Of a stretch of 64,000 nucleotides of DNA, positions 26,350 through 36,398 are shown in pieces. Origin of the DNA: an uncultured actinomycete. GTDB taxonomy: Bacteria > Actinomycetota > Acidimicrobiia > Spongiisociales > UBA5794. Below the pieces are notes generated by a model. The model saw nothing but the letters and a program-made list of their open reading frames with translations. It had not been told where the DNA came from and ran no database searches. Both the position numbers and the translations under genes were made by a program. How positions within the stretch are numbered: the first letter of the stretch is position 1; every line of letters starts with the position of its first letter. The stretch spans positions 261,355 through 325,354 of the forward strand of contig CALOAN010000021.1 of NCBI GenBank assembly GCA_942491345.1. Direction: 5' to 3'.

Positions 26350-28047
26350 ATGATCCTCCTTCATCCGCATCGCCGTGATCGGGCCTACGCCGACGATCGC
26401 TCCGACGAGGTGATGCGCAAGACGATTGCGTTCTTCGAGGCGAAAGGGAAGCAGCGGCTCAAGGAGGATGACCACGGCGCGGTTTGGTACCGGGACTTCC
26501 TTGACTTCGTCGCGAGCGAGGACATCTTCGCCACAATGTGCACGCCCATCGGATACGGCGCCGACGACTCTCGCTGGGACGTGTGGCGTATCTGCGAGTT
26601 CGCGGAGATCCTCGGGTTCTACGGCCTGCCCTATTGGTACACCTGGCAGGTCACCGTCCTCGGGCTCGGACCGATCTGGATGAGCGGCAACGAGGCCGTG
26701 AAGGCCAAGACCGCCGCGTTGCTTCAAGAGGGTGCCGTGTTTGCCTTCGGATTGTCCGAGAAGGAGCACGGCGCCGACCTCTACTCCACGGAGATGGAGT
26801 TGACCCCGGTCGGCGACGGCACCTACCGGGCCAACGGCAGCAAGTACTACATCGGGAACGGCAACGAGGCCGCACTCGTGTCAACCTTCGGCAAAATGGC
26901 CGACACCGGCGAGTACTGCTTCTTCGTCGTCGATTCGCAGCACCCTGCCTACCGGGTGGTGAAGAACGTGGTGCACAGCCAGAACTTCGTGGCGGAATAC
27001 GCCCTCGACGACTATCCGATCACCGATGCCGACATCCTGTCCCGCGGTGATGACGCATGGGATGCCGCGCTCAACACCGTCAACATCGGCAAGTTCAACC
27101 TCGGGTGGGGCTCGATCGGCATCTGTACCCACGCGTTCTACGAGGCCGTTCACCACGCCGCCCACCGGCACCTCTACGGCATGGCCGTGACCGACTTCCC
27201 CCACGTGCGGCGGCTGTTCACCGATGCCTACGCACGGCTCGTCGCGATGAAGCTGGTGGCGTCACGCGCTGGGGACTACATGCGCGTGGCCTCACCCGAC
27301 GATCGTCGCTACTTGCTGTACAACCCCGTCGTCAAGATGAAGGTCACGACACAGGGTGAGGATGTGGTCAATCATCTCTGGGACGTGATCGCAGCGAAGG
27401 GATTCGAGGCCGACACCTACTTCGACATGGCTGCCCGCGACATTCGCGCATTGCCGAAGCTCGAGGGAACGGTGCACGTCAACATCGCCCTGATCGTCAA
27501 GTTCATGGAGAACTACTTCTTCCGCCCTACCGATCTCCCAGCCGTTGGCCGGCGCGACGAAGCGGTGAACGACGACTTCCTCTTCGATCAGGGACCAACG
27601 CGTGGACTCGGCAAGATCCGATTCCACGACTACGCGCCCGTCTTCAAGCGCTTCGACGTACCGAATGTGACCGTGTTCGCCGAGCAGACAGAAGTGTTCA
27701 AGAGAATGCTGGTCGAGGCGACACCAACCGAGGATCAGCAGCGAGACACGGACTGGCTGCTGGCCGTCGGCGAGATCTTCACGCTCGTCGTCTACTGCCA
27801 GCTGGTGCTGGAGAACGCCGAGATCTACGAGATCGAAGACGACCTCGTCGACCAGATGTTCGACGTAGCCGTCCGCGACTTCTCCCGCTTCGCCGTCGAC
27901 CTCAATGGCCGTGCCGGGACAACGGCAGACCAGAGTCGGTTCTGCCTCGAGATGATCCGGAGGCCAGTACGCGACGACGCTCGCGCTCAGCGGATCTGGA
28001 TCGACCACGTCTACGCCCAACGCGACGCCTACGAGATGGCCGAATAG
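26350..28047 (+). CDS. Acyl-CoA dehydrogenase family protein (long form)
   Basis: FGLSEKEHGADLYSTEMELTP...YRANGSKYYIGNGNEA and a C-terminal helical domain. AGGAG RBS. Confidence 0.75.
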   Translation: MILLHPHRRDRAYADDRSDEVMRKTIAFFEAKGKQRLKEDDHGAVWYRDFLDFVASEDIFATMCTPIGYGADDSRWDVWRICEFAEILGFYGLPYWYTWQVTVLGLGPIWMSGNEAVKAKTAALLQEGAVFAFGLSEKEHGADLYSTEMELTPVGDGTYRANGSKYYIGNGNEAALVSTFGKMADTGEYCFFVVDSQHPAYRVVKNVVHSQNFVAEYALDDYPITDADILSRGDDAWDAALNTVNIGKFNLGWGSIGICTHAFYEAVHHAAHRHLYGMAVTDFPHVRRLFTDAYARLVAMKLVASRAGDYMRVASPDDRRYLLYNPVVKMKVTTQGEDVVNHLWDVIAAKGFEADTYFDMAARDIRALPKLEGTVHVNIALIVKFMENYFFRPTDLPAVGRRDEAVNDDFLFDQGPTRGLGKIRFHDYAPVFKRFDVPNVTVFAEQTEVFKRMLVEATPTEDQQRDTDWLLAVGEIFTLVVYCQLVLENAEIYEIEDDLVDQMFDVAVRDFSRFAVDLNGRAGTTADQSRFCLEMIRRPVRDDARAQRIWIDHVYAQRDAYEMAE

Positions 28048-28104
28048 GGCCAGCCCCAGTCCTCGGCAATTCCTACCCCTCAGGGGCTAGGCGGGAGCAT
28101 TGGA

Positions 28105-28370
28105 CGAGCTCATCTGCGCGTGCCAGCTCCCAGGCGGCCCCCTCCGCTCCGCTCCGGCCTCACCGGCCGGATGCTCGCGCCTCCCCCACTCCGTGGGAGA
28201 GGCAAAGACGTCTTCGTCTCTCCCACCGCTAGGTGGGGGAGACGCGGCCGGACGGAAGTCCGGTCGCAGAGGGGGCGGCCTGGGAGCTCACGCCGGAAAG
28301 ATGAGGACTGTCGACGAGCCCGGAAGGCCGCCGGTGACGGTGACACTCACCGCCCGATTCTCTGCACTCC
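28105..28370. repeat. GC-rich mosaic element, inverted-pair copy with long terminal inverted repeats
   Basis: The left arm gagctcatctgcgcg...gagctcccaggcggccccctccgc is mirrored by gcagagggggcggcctgggagctc...agatgaggac. Two H1 hairpins (28180-28202, 28215-28244) flank the palindrome AAGACGTCTT. The right boundary is approximate. Confidence 0.75.
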
Positions 28371-28394
28371 GATCCGATTGTTTACGATGGCGCA

Positions 28395-29063
28395 ATGTCC
28401 GACGACACCAAGCCCCAACTCACTCCGGCCGAGCAACGCGCTGCGAACCCTGATCGGCTGGTCTTTCTGACCGATGGCGTCATTGCCATCATCATCACCA
28501 TCCTGGTTCTCGACATTCGAGTCCCCGAGCTCGGATCGGGTCAATCCCTCGCTGACTCGCTGACTGAAGTCCGTCCGACGTTCGTTTCCTTCGTGATCAG
28601 TTTCCTGCTCGTTGGGATGTTCTGGACGCTCCACAAACAGACGTTCAACCAGGTTCGGTACGTCGATCACAATGCAACGTGGCTGAATCTGCTCTTCCTG
28701 CTTGTGTTGGCGCTCGTTCCGTACGCCTCGTCAGCTCTCGGTGAGTACCCGACAGAACCGACGGCGCTCCACCTCTACGGAGTTGTCATGATTGCGGCGT
28801 CCCTGCTTCGCCTTGCGCTCAACGCGTACTTGCAGACTCACCCCGGCCTGCTGTGGCAGCCACCCTCGAAGAAGGCGCGGCGGTTGTATGCATTCACCTC
28901 GTCGGTGCCGATAGTGGTCTACATCATCGCAATGGTGGTTGCCGGCTGGTCCACAACGCTCAGCCTGGTGCTCTATTCCTCGATTCCCGTGGTGTACTTT
29001 GCCTTGGTCGCCTTCGTCAACGCCGACCCGCGCACCAAAGCCACCGCCGAGGGCCTTTCCTGA
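28395..29063 (+). CDS. TMEM175/DUF1211-family potassium channel homologue
   Basis: RLVFLTDGVIAIIITILVLD resembles the RxxxFSDGVxAIxxTLLVL signature of TMEM175/DUF1211. Six TM segments. Confidence 0.75.
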   Translation: MSDDTKPQLTPAEQRAANPDRLVFLTDGVIAIIITILVLDIRVPELGSGQSLADSLTEVRPTFVSFVISFLLVGMFWTLHKQTFNQVRYVDHNATWLNLLFLLVLALVPYASSALGEYPTEPTALHLYGVVMIAASLLRLALNAYLQTHPGLLWQPPSKKARRLYAFTSSVPIVVYIIAMVVAGWSTTLSLVLYSSIPVVYFALVAFVNADPRTKATAEGLS

Positions 29064-29066
29064 CGA

Positions 29067-29103
29067 GAGACCGCTCCCGCCGGCGGTCGACGAGAGCGGT
29101 CTC
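29067..29103. terminator. Hairpin between convergent genes (terminator-like, no clear U-tract)
   Basis: GAGACCGCTC-17 nt-GAGCGGTCTC. The loop contains the CCGCCGGCGG palindrome. Confidence 0.45.
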
Positions 29104-29143
29104 CCAATCCCGAGGCGATCGTCGGCCGCGGGACGCTGCGTCG

Positions 29144-29644
29144 CTAGTAGTTGAGGGTGCCGGTCAAGTTCGCATTCCACGGGCTGTTGGTCAGGCACAT
29201 GAGTGGGTCGCTGTCGGGATCACAGTCCTCTCGGAAGGTCAGTTCAACGCCGTACACAACCGTTGCGGTGCCGGTGGCTTCCGCAAAGCGGCCGGTACCA
29301 CCGTCGAATGTGATCGGTGAGCCATTGTCAATTTCCGGGTAGTCGTAGGTCCCGTAGAGCTCGTCCCCGTCTTCGTCGATGATCGTGACGCGCCCGTCCT
29401 CAACTATGTCGTCTTCAGGGCAGTGCGCCCAGGTTGTGGTGACCGACCCAAGGTCGGGGTCCTCGCCGGTGGCTTCGGTCATCGTCGTGACCACCTGACA
29501 CTGATCGGTGATTCCCCAGTGGACTTCGCCGGTGAACGATGTATCCAGCGCGTGGTCAGTCGCTCCACTGCATGACGAAGCTCCGAGCATTGCCAGAATC
29601 ACGAGAACGATCAAAACCGGCCCGACCGACCATCGTCTCAGCAT
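29144..29644 (-). CDS. Putative lipoprotein, unknown function
   Basis: Signal peptide with a lipobox-like LGASSC. The mature part is acidic and has several Cys residues. Confidence 0.6.
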   Translation of the reverse strand: MLRRWSVGPVLIVLVILAMLGASSCSGATDHALDTSFTGEVHWGITDQCQVVTTMTEATGEDPDLGSVTTTWAHCPEDDIVEDGRVTIIDEDGDELYGTYDYPEIDNGSPITFDGGTGRFAEATGTATVVYGVELTFREDCDPDSDPLMCLTNSPWNANLTGTLNY

Positions 29645-29769
29645 GATGGCCTCCTTTCTGTTCTTGCCAGTTCAGGACATCATCCCCGACGCCGATCCAG
29701 AAACGATCCAAGCGAGGCAATCGCGCGCTCCGTTCGATTCGGTAGGATGCACTCGAAGGCGATCGTCAT

Positions 29770-32658
29770 ATGCGGTTCGAGATACTTGGCCCGCTGCGGG
29801 CCTTTGACGGCGATGCCGAGATCGACCTCGGTGGACCCCGGCAGCAACGCGTCCTTGCCGTGCTCTTGGCCGCAGCGCCAGAGACCGTGAGCGTCGATCG
29901 GCTCGTTGACGAAGTGTGGGGTGACGCTCCGCCGGGTACCGCATCACACGTCGTCCGGACATACGTGTCGAACCTCCGCAAGGCGCTCGGCGAGCGAGTC
30001 GTCTCCGATGGACAGCGCTATCGGATCAGCCTGAATGGAGACTCGATCGATGCCGCGGAGTTCAGGCGCTCACTCGACGCTGCGCGCGCACTGTTCCCGT
30101 CCGATCCGGTTCGAGTTGCGAAGCTGCTCCGCGAAATTGCGCTTCTCTGGCGCGGTCGTCCGTTTGAGGAGCTCTCGGATGACGCCCCGCTGCTCGCCCG
30201 GAGAGCATTCGAGCTGGACGAGGAGAGAATTCAGTCAACCGAACTCCTCATGGAGGCTGAGCTTGCCCTCGGGCACCACGAGCAAGTGATCCCAAGACTC
30301 GAGGCGTTGACGAGCGAGTTTCCCCTGCGGGAGCGTCTCCACCGGGCCTTGATGGTGGCGTTGTACCGGAGCGACCGGCACGCCGAAGCTCTGCGTGTGG
30401 GTTGGCGCCTCCGGAACACACTTGTCGAGGAGCTCGGAATCGAACCTTCGGCCGAGACGCGAACGCTCGAAGACCGAATCCTTGTTCAGGATCCGATGCT
30501 CGACGTTAGCCCGCCGACGAACCTGCCGGCGTTCGTGTCGTCCTTCGTGGGGCGACGTCGTGAGATGGCTGAAGTGAGCAAGCTCCTCGACGTCGATCGG
30601 CTCGTCACGCTCGTTGGGGTTGGGGGTGTTGGCAAGACCCGCCTCGCACGCCAGGTTGCCCATGAGCTGCTGGACCGCTACCCCGACGGCGCGTGGTGGG
30701 TTGATCTTGCCGCGCTGACGCCGGGCGGGGACGCTGCAGCGAGGACGACCGAGGTGCTGGGGCTCGCCGGCCAGCCGGGTGTTGATTCCGTTGCTCTGCT
30801 CAGCCGCTACCTGGCCCGACGCCGGATCCTCCTCGTGCTCGACAACTGCGAGCACGTTGTCGAGGATGTCGCGCGGCTTGCAACCGACGTACTCCAAGCG
30901 GCCGACGACCTGACCGTGCTTGTCACCAGTCGTCGGCCGCTCCACGCCGCCGGGGAAGTGCGGTATGTCGTGCCTTCGATGAGTCTCCCGATGGGTGTGC
31001 TGGGCGTGTCCGACGCCGAGCGACTGTTCGTCGAGCGCGCGACCCAGGTCGATCGAGAGTTCACCGTGACCGAAGACTTCGAACGCGATATCGCCCAGAT
31101 CTGCCGGGCCATGGAAGGCCTGCCCCTTGCGATCGAAATGGCGGCAGTGCACGTGAACGCGGTGAGCCCCGCCGACATCGCTCGTCGATCTGCCGCGAGC
31201 CTCGACCTTCCGAATCGAGACACAACTGCTCCAGACCGCCACCGGAGTCTTGCTGCGACAGTCGCGTGGAGTTACGACCTGCTCACACCCGAGCAACAGG
31301 TTCTCTTCGATCGCCTCTCGGTCTTCGTTGGATCCTTTGACATCCCGGCCGTCAGCGCGGTAGCAGGATGGGACCCGCTCCATTCCGCCGATGTGACGTT
31401 CGATCTCGAGACTCTGGTCGATGCATCGATGGTGACGGTCGAGCGAACGCAAGGCGGCCAGACCCGATATCGCTTGCTCGATACCCTTCGGGCGGTCGGC
31501 CGGGAACGATTGGTGCAGCTCGGCGAGAGCAACGCGGTGGCGCTGCGCCACAGCCGTTACTTCTTGGAGATGGCACGGACGTCCGCCGACGTTTGGCTCA
31601 CACCCGGCCATCCCGCGGCCGTTGCGCCGATGGCGGCTGCCCACGACGATCTCGTCTCGGCCCTCGAATGGTCGTTGGACCATGAGTCACGAACGGCGAC
31701 ACTCGCTGCGGCCCCGGGATTGTGCGCCTACTGGTTCTGGCGGGGTGATCCGGCAAACGCGCATCGGTTTGGAGTCCGCATGCTCGAGGGCGCGGGAGAC
31801 GCACCCTTGTCGATGCAGGCAGCGGCACACCTCAGCGTCGCGTTCGGAGCGCAGCTGATCGGGAATCTTGCCGCTTCTGCGTCAGCTTCGGCAACCGCAG
31901 TCGAGATGCTCGAACAGACCGACGCCTGGAAGCTGCTGCTGTGGGCTTGCAACGGTCAGGGACAGAGCGGCGTGTTCGTCGGAATGCCGGAACTCACCGA
32001 AGGAATGGGTCGCCAAATCCTCGAGCTGTGCGATGCCCATAGCGCACGGTTGCCGCGTGGGTACGGGCTCGCGCTCCTTGGCGAGGCCCAGTTCTTCGGC
32101 GACGGTGACTTTGACGCAGCCCGAACGTGGATCAACGAAGCCATTCCACTGCTTCGTGAACTTGGCGACGACGCCGCGCTCAATATGTTTGCCCTCGGAA
32201 TTCTGGCGTCGGTGGCGGCGCTGCAGCTCGATTTCGAGACTGCCGAACAAGCGGCGGTGGAGGCGAGCACGCTCGGCGGTCCCGGGTGGTCGGCGACCGC
32301 GCTCATCGTCCTCGGAACCTTCGTCCTCTCCCCTCGCGGCGATGTGGACCGAGCGGAGATGGTTGTGAAGGAGGGCCTGACGCGAGTGTACGAGCGGTCC
32401 ATGGAGCCCTGGGTTCGGACCGGGCTGTTCGGCCTCGGCCGCATCGCCGCCGGCCGGGGTCAATGGGAGGCGGCGGCGCGGCTGTTTGGGGGCTGCCGGC
32501 CCCACCTCCCGCCGTGGGCACAGCACCCCCGGTGGTGGAACGTCGAGCCCGTTGTCCGCGCGGCACTTGGGGAGGACCGCTACGAGGAGATTGCAGCCCG
32601 GGCCGAGAACGAGCCGCTCGATGATCTGGTCGCGTGGGCGCTCGAGCCCGTTCACTAG
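29770..32658 (+). CDS. SARP/AfsR-family regulator (winged-helix + BTAD + NB-ARC ATPase + TPR-like C-terminus)
   Basis: MRFEILGPLRAFDG...GGPRQQRVLAVLL...VDEVWGD (OmpR-type/BTAD), then the P-loop GVGGVGKTRLA and LVLDNCEH. Confidence 0.85.
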   Translation: MRFEILGPLRAFDGDAEIDLGGPRQQRVLAVLLAAAPETVSVDRLVDEVWGDAPPGTASHVVRTYVSNLRKALGERVVSDGQRYRISLNGDSIDAAEFRRSLDAARALFPSDPVRVAKLLREIALLWRGRPFEELSDDAPLLARRAFELDEERIQSTELLMEAELALGHHEQVIPRLEALTSEFPLRERLHRALMVALYRSDRHAEALRVGWRLRNTLVEELGIEPSAETRTLEDRILVQDPMLDVSPPTNLPAFVSSFVGRRREMAEVSKLLDVDRLVTLVGVGGVGKTRLARQVAHELLDRYPDGAWWVDLAALTPGGDAAARTTEVLGLAGQPGVDSVALLSRYLARRRILLVLDNCEHVVEDVARLATDVLQAADDLTVLVTSRRPLHAAGEVRYVVPSMSLPMGVLGVSDAERLFVERATQVDREFTVTEDFERDIAQICRAMEGLPLAIEMAAVHVNAVSPADIARRSAASLDLPNRDTTAPDRHRSLAATVAWSYDLLTPEQQVLFDRLSVFVGSFDIPAVSAVAGWDPLHSADVTFDLETLVDASMVTVERTQGGQTRYRLLDTLRAVGRERLVQLGESNAVALRHSRYFLEMARTSADVWLTPGHPAAVAPMAAAHDDLVSALEWSLDHESRTATLAAAPGLCAYWFWRGDPANAHRFGVRMLEGAGDAPLSMQAAAHLSVAFGAQLIGNLAASASASATAVEMLEQTDAWKLLLWACNGQGQSGVFVGMPELTEGMGRQILELCDAHSARLPRGYGLALLGEAQFFGDGDFDAARTWINEAIPLLRELGDDAALNMFALGILASVAALQLDFETAEQAAVEASTLGGPGWSATALIVLGTFVLSPRGDVDRAEMVVKEGLTRVYERSMEPWVRTGLFGLGRIAAGRGQWEAAARLFGGCRPHLPPWAQHPRWWNVEPVVRAALGEDRYEEIAARAENEPLDDLVAWALEPVH

Positions 32659-32667
32659 GTCGGCTTG

Positions 32668-34671
32668 CTAGCTGAAGGCGCTTGGCTCTTCGGGCAAATC
32701 CTCGAAAGCGTCGGGACCGCTGAATTGGGACTCGTAGAGAGCGGCGTACGCACCGGCGAGGTCCAGGAGTTCCTGGTGGTTGCCTTGCTCGACGATCTGG
32801 CCGTCCTCCATGACGAGGATCAGGTCTGCGTCGCGGATCGTTGAGAGTCGGTGCGCGATGACGAAGCTGGTCCGATCGGCTCGCAATGCCGACATCGCTC
32901 GCTGGACAAGCACCTCGGTCCGGGTGTCGACCGAACTCGTCGCCTCGTCGAGGATCAGCAGGGCAGGATCGGCGAGGAAGGCCCGAGCGATCGTGATGAG
33001 CTGCTTCTCACCTGCGCTGACCGTGCCACCCTCGTCGTCGATGATGGTGTCGTAGCCGTCCGGGAGGTTCGCCACGAAGCGATCAACGTAGGTGGCGCGC
33101 GCCGCCTCCAGGATTGCTGCTTCGCTTGCGTCGGGGCGGCCGTACGCGATGTTGTCGCGAATCGTGCCTTCGAAGAGCCACGTGTCCTGCAGCACCATTC
33201 CGGTCTGTGATCGGAGGGCATCGCGTCGCAACGTTGAGATGTCGACACCGTCGAGCGTGATGTCGCCCGAGTCGATGTTGTAGAACCGCATGATGAGGTT
33301 GACGAGCGTCGTCTTGCCGGCGCCGGTCGGTCCGACGATTGCGACGGTTTGGCCCGGGTCGACGTGGAAACTCACGTGCTCGATCAGCGGCTGGTCCTCG
33401 ACGTATCGGAATGAGACGTCGTCGAACGCCACCCGACCGTGCGCATCCGTTGGAATCTCCGCAAGGCCCTGGTCGGGGGTCTCCTCCTCGGCGTCGAGCA
33501 ACTCAAAGACCCGTTCGGCGGACGCGACGCCCGACTGCAGGAGGTTGGCCATCGAAGCGATCTGCGTGACCGGCCGGGTGAACAGACGCGAGTACTGGAT
33601 GAAGGCTTGCACGTCGCCGAGGCTCATCGCACCGCTGGCGACCCGAAGCCCGCCGAGCACCGCGATGATGACGTAGTTGAGGTTCCCGATGAGCATCGCG
33701 ATCGGCATGATCAGCCCGGAGAGGAATTGGGCACCGAAGCTCGCCTGATACAGCTCCTCGTTTTCGACCTCGAACGTGTCCTGGACATCACTTTGGCGAC
33801 CGAACACCTTCACCAGGGCGTGGCCGGTGAACGCCTCCTCGATCTGGGCGTTGAGCTGGCCGGTGCGGCGCCACTGGGTGATGAACTTCGTCTGGGATCG
33901 CTTCATCACGGTCCCAGCGATGATGACGGTGAGGGGGATTGTCACGACCGCGATCAGCGCGAGGACCCACGAGATCGACAGCATCATGGCGAAAACGAAC
34001 ACCACGGTGAGCACGGAGGTCAGCAGCTGGCTCATCGTCTGCTGGAGGCTCTGCGAGACGTTGTCGATGTCGTTGGTGACGCGGCTGAGCAGTTCGCCGC
34101 GCGGCACCCGGTCGAAGTAACTCAGCGGCATGTGATTGATCTTGTCCTCGACCTCGGACCGCATCCGCAACACCGTGTGCTGAACCACGTCGTTGAGGAA
34201 GTAGGCCTGGAGGAATCCGAGGAGTGCGGAGAGCCCGTAGATGATCAGAGCGAGGATGAGGGTGTTGCGCAGCGCAGTGAAGTCGATGCCGACACCAGGA
34301 ATCAGGTCGACACCGCTCAACATGTCGGCGAGCTGGTCCTGGCCCTGCGCTCTGACCGAGTCGATCGCCTGCGCCTTTGTCATGCCTTCTGGGAGGAATC
34401 CCCCGACTACACCGGAGAAGATGATGTCGGTTGCCCGTCCGAGGATTCTCGGCCCGAGCGAGGTGAGCGCCACGCTGACGATTGCAGCCGTAACCACGGC
34501 GATCACCTTGGCCCGTTCGGGGCGAAGTCGCCTTCCGAGTCGCTTGATGGATGGGCCGAAGGCGAGCGGCTTCTGGCCGACCATTCCGCCGCCGAATGGG
34601 CCGCCGTGGCCCGGACCGCCCTGGCCCTTGATCCGCTCGGTCTCCTTCATGGTGGTGTGCTGCGACGTCAT
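32668..34671 (-). CDS. ABC exporter, fused permease/ATPase subunit
   Basis: Six-TM N-terminal domain. GPTGAGKTT, LSAGEKQLITIARA, LILDEATSSVD. ATGA overlap with the upstream partner. Confidence 0.9.
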   Translation of the reverse strand: MTSQHTTMKETERIKGQGGPGHGGPFGGGMVGQKPLAFGPSIKRLGRRLRPERAKVIAVVTAAIVSVALTSLGPRILGRATDIIFSGVVGGFLPEGMTKAQAIDSVRAQGQDQLADMLSGVDLIPGVGIDFTALRNTLILALIIYGLSALLGFLQAYFLNDVVQHTVLRMRSEVEDKINHMPLSYFDRVPRGELLSRVTNDIDNVSQSLQQTMSQLLTSVLTVVFVFAMMLSISWVLALIAVVTIPLTVIIAGTVMKRSQTKFITQWRRTGQLNAQIEEAFTGHALVKVFGRQSDVQDTFEVENEELYQASFGAQFLSGLIMPIAMLIGNLNYVIIAVLGGLRVASGAMSLGDVQAFIQYSRLFTRPVTQIASMANLLQSGVASAERVFELLDAEEETPDQGLAEIPTDAHGRVAFDDVSFRYVEDQPLIEHVSFHVDPGQTVAIVGPTGAGKTTLVNLIMRFYNIDSGDITLDGVDISTLRRDALRSQTGMVLQDTWLFEGTIRDNIAYGRPDASEAAILEAARATYVDRFVANLPDGYDTIIDDEGGTVSAGEKQLITIARAFLADPALLILDEATSSVDTRTEVLVQRAMSALRADRTSFVIAHRLSTIRDADLILVMEDGQIVEQGNHQELLDLAGAYAALYESQFSGPDAFEDLPEEPSAFS

Positions 34672-36398
34672 GATGCTTCCACCGCCATCTGGGAATCGAC
34701 GATTTCCGCGTACGCGCCACAGGTCTCCAGAAGCTCATCATGCGTGCCGAGGCCGACGATGCCGCCGTCCTCGAGCACCACGATCTGGTCGGCATCGATG
34801 ATCGTCGCCACTCGTTGTGCCACGATGATCACCGTTGCGTCCGCGGTCACGCCGGCGAGGGCGTGACGGAGGCGAGCATCGGTGGCCACATCGAGGGCTG
34901 AGAACGAGTCATCGAACAGGTAGATCTCCGGCCGGCGAATGAGTGCCCGAGCGATAGCGAGGCGCTGGCGTTGGCCACCGGAAACGTTGGTGCCGCCTTG
35001 GGAGATCGGCGAATTGAGGCCCTCGGGCATCGCCTCGACGAACTCTCGAGCCTGTGCGATCTCGAGGGCCTCCCACATCTCCTCGTCGGTGGCGTCCGGC
35101 TTGCCGTATCGAAGGTTCGAGGCAACGGTGCCCGAGAACAGATAGACCCTTTGCGGGACCAGGCCGATCCTGTTCCACAGTGTGTCGGGATCGATCTGCC
35201 GCACATCGACGCCGTCGACGAGAACACGGCCGTCCGTGGCGTCGAAGAGCCGAGGGATCAGGTTGACGAGGGTTGTCTTGCCCGCACCGGTCGACCCGAT
35301 GACGGCCGTCGTCTGCCCTGGATGCGCCGTGAACGTGATGCCGCTCAGCACGGGATGGCTGGCGCCCGGATAGCGGAATCCGACATCTTCGAACTCGAGG
35401 GTGCTGTGGCTGACGAGTTCGGTGATCCCGTCGGTGGGCGGAACGACGGATGGATCGGTCTCGAGTACCTCACCGATTCGGTCAGCAGAGACCGATGCGC
35501 GGGGGAGGAGCATGAGCATGAAGGTCGACATCATCACGGCCATGAGAATCTGGATGAGATAGGACAGGAACGCGGTGAGCGATCCAATCTGCATGGCGCC
35601 GGCGTCCACGCGGAGACCACCGAACCACAACACGGCGACGCTCGAGAAGTTCATCACCACCATCACCGCCGGGAAGATCGCAGCCATCCAGCGTCCGACG
35701 GTGATCGACACGTTGGTGAGGTCGGTGTTGGCCGCCCCAAATCGCTCGGTCTCGATCGGCTCACGAACGAACGCACGGACAACGCGGATACCGGTGATCT
35801 GCTCGCGCAGCACCTTGTTCACGGTGTCGAGGCGCCGTTGCATGAGGCGGAATCCGGGGACCATGTGCGACAAGAGGAACGCGATGATCACGACGAGCAC
35901 CACGACGGTGACGGCGATGAGCCACGCAAGCCCGATGTCCTCTCGCAGCGCCATGAAGATGCCGCCGACCATCATGATTGGTGCCGCGATCAGCATCGTG
36001 AAGGTGGTGAGCACCAGCATCTGAACTTGTTGCACGTCGTTGGTGTTCCGGGTGAGGAGTGACGGCGCCCCGAATCGGGCCATCTCACGACTCGAGAACT
36101 CGATCACCCGATGGAAGATCGCCGACCGCACGTCTCTGCCGAACGCCATTGCCGTCCGGGCTCCGAAGTAGACGGCGGTGATGGTGCTGACAGCCTGGAT
36201 CAGGGAAACGAAGAGCATCCATGATCCGACGCGAAGGATGTAGTCGGTGTCCCCGCGCACGACGCCGTTGTCGATGAGGTCTGCGTTGAGGCTTGGCAGG
36301 TAGAGCGCGGCGATCGTGCCGATCGTCTGGAGCACGACCACGATCACGATCTCACGTGTGTACGGCTTGAGGTATCGGCGGAGGATCTGGACCAGCAT
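34668..36398 (-). CDS. ABC exporter, fused permease/ATPase subunit (heterodimer partner)
   Basis: GSTGAGKTT, VSGGQRQRLAIARA, YLFDDSFSALD. Confidence 0.9.
   Translation of the reverse strand: MLVQILRRYLKPYTREIVIVVVLQTIGTIAALYLPSLNADLIDNGVVRGDTDYILRVGSWMLFVSLIQAVSTITAVYFGARTAMAFGRDVRSAIFHRVIEFSSREMARFGAPSLLTRNTNDVQQVQMLVLTTFTMLIAAPIMMVGGIFMALREDIGLAWLIAVTVVVLVVIIAFLLSHMVPGFRLMQRRLDTVNKVLREQITGIRVVRAFVREPIETERFGAANTDLTNVSITVGRWMAAIFPAVMVVMNFSSVAVLWFGGLRVDAGAMQIGSLTAFLSYLIQILMAVMMSTFMLMLLPRASVSADRIGEVLETDPSVVPPTDGITELVSHSTLEFEDVGFRYPGASHPVLSGITFTAHPGQTTAVIGSTGAGKTTLVNLIPRLFDATDGRVLVDGVDVRQIDPDTLWNRIGLVPQRVYLFSGTVASNLRYGKPDATDEEMWEALEIAQAREFVEAMPEGLNSPISQGGTNVSGGQRQRLAIARALIRRPEIYLFDDSFSALDVATDARLRHALAGVTADATVIIVAQRVATIIDADQIVVLEDGGIVGLGTHDELLETCGAYAEIVDSQMAVEAS

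Noticed and set aside
29770-32658. The SARP/NB-ARC protein as marker of a biosynthetic gene cluster or as a STAND-type antiphage sensor
   Set aside because: The N-terminal OmpR/BTAD DNA-binding module identifies it as an AfsR-like regulator. The neighbours are a lipoprotein and an ABC exporter, with no PKS, NRPS, terpene or RiPP enzymes and no nuclease or effector domain.
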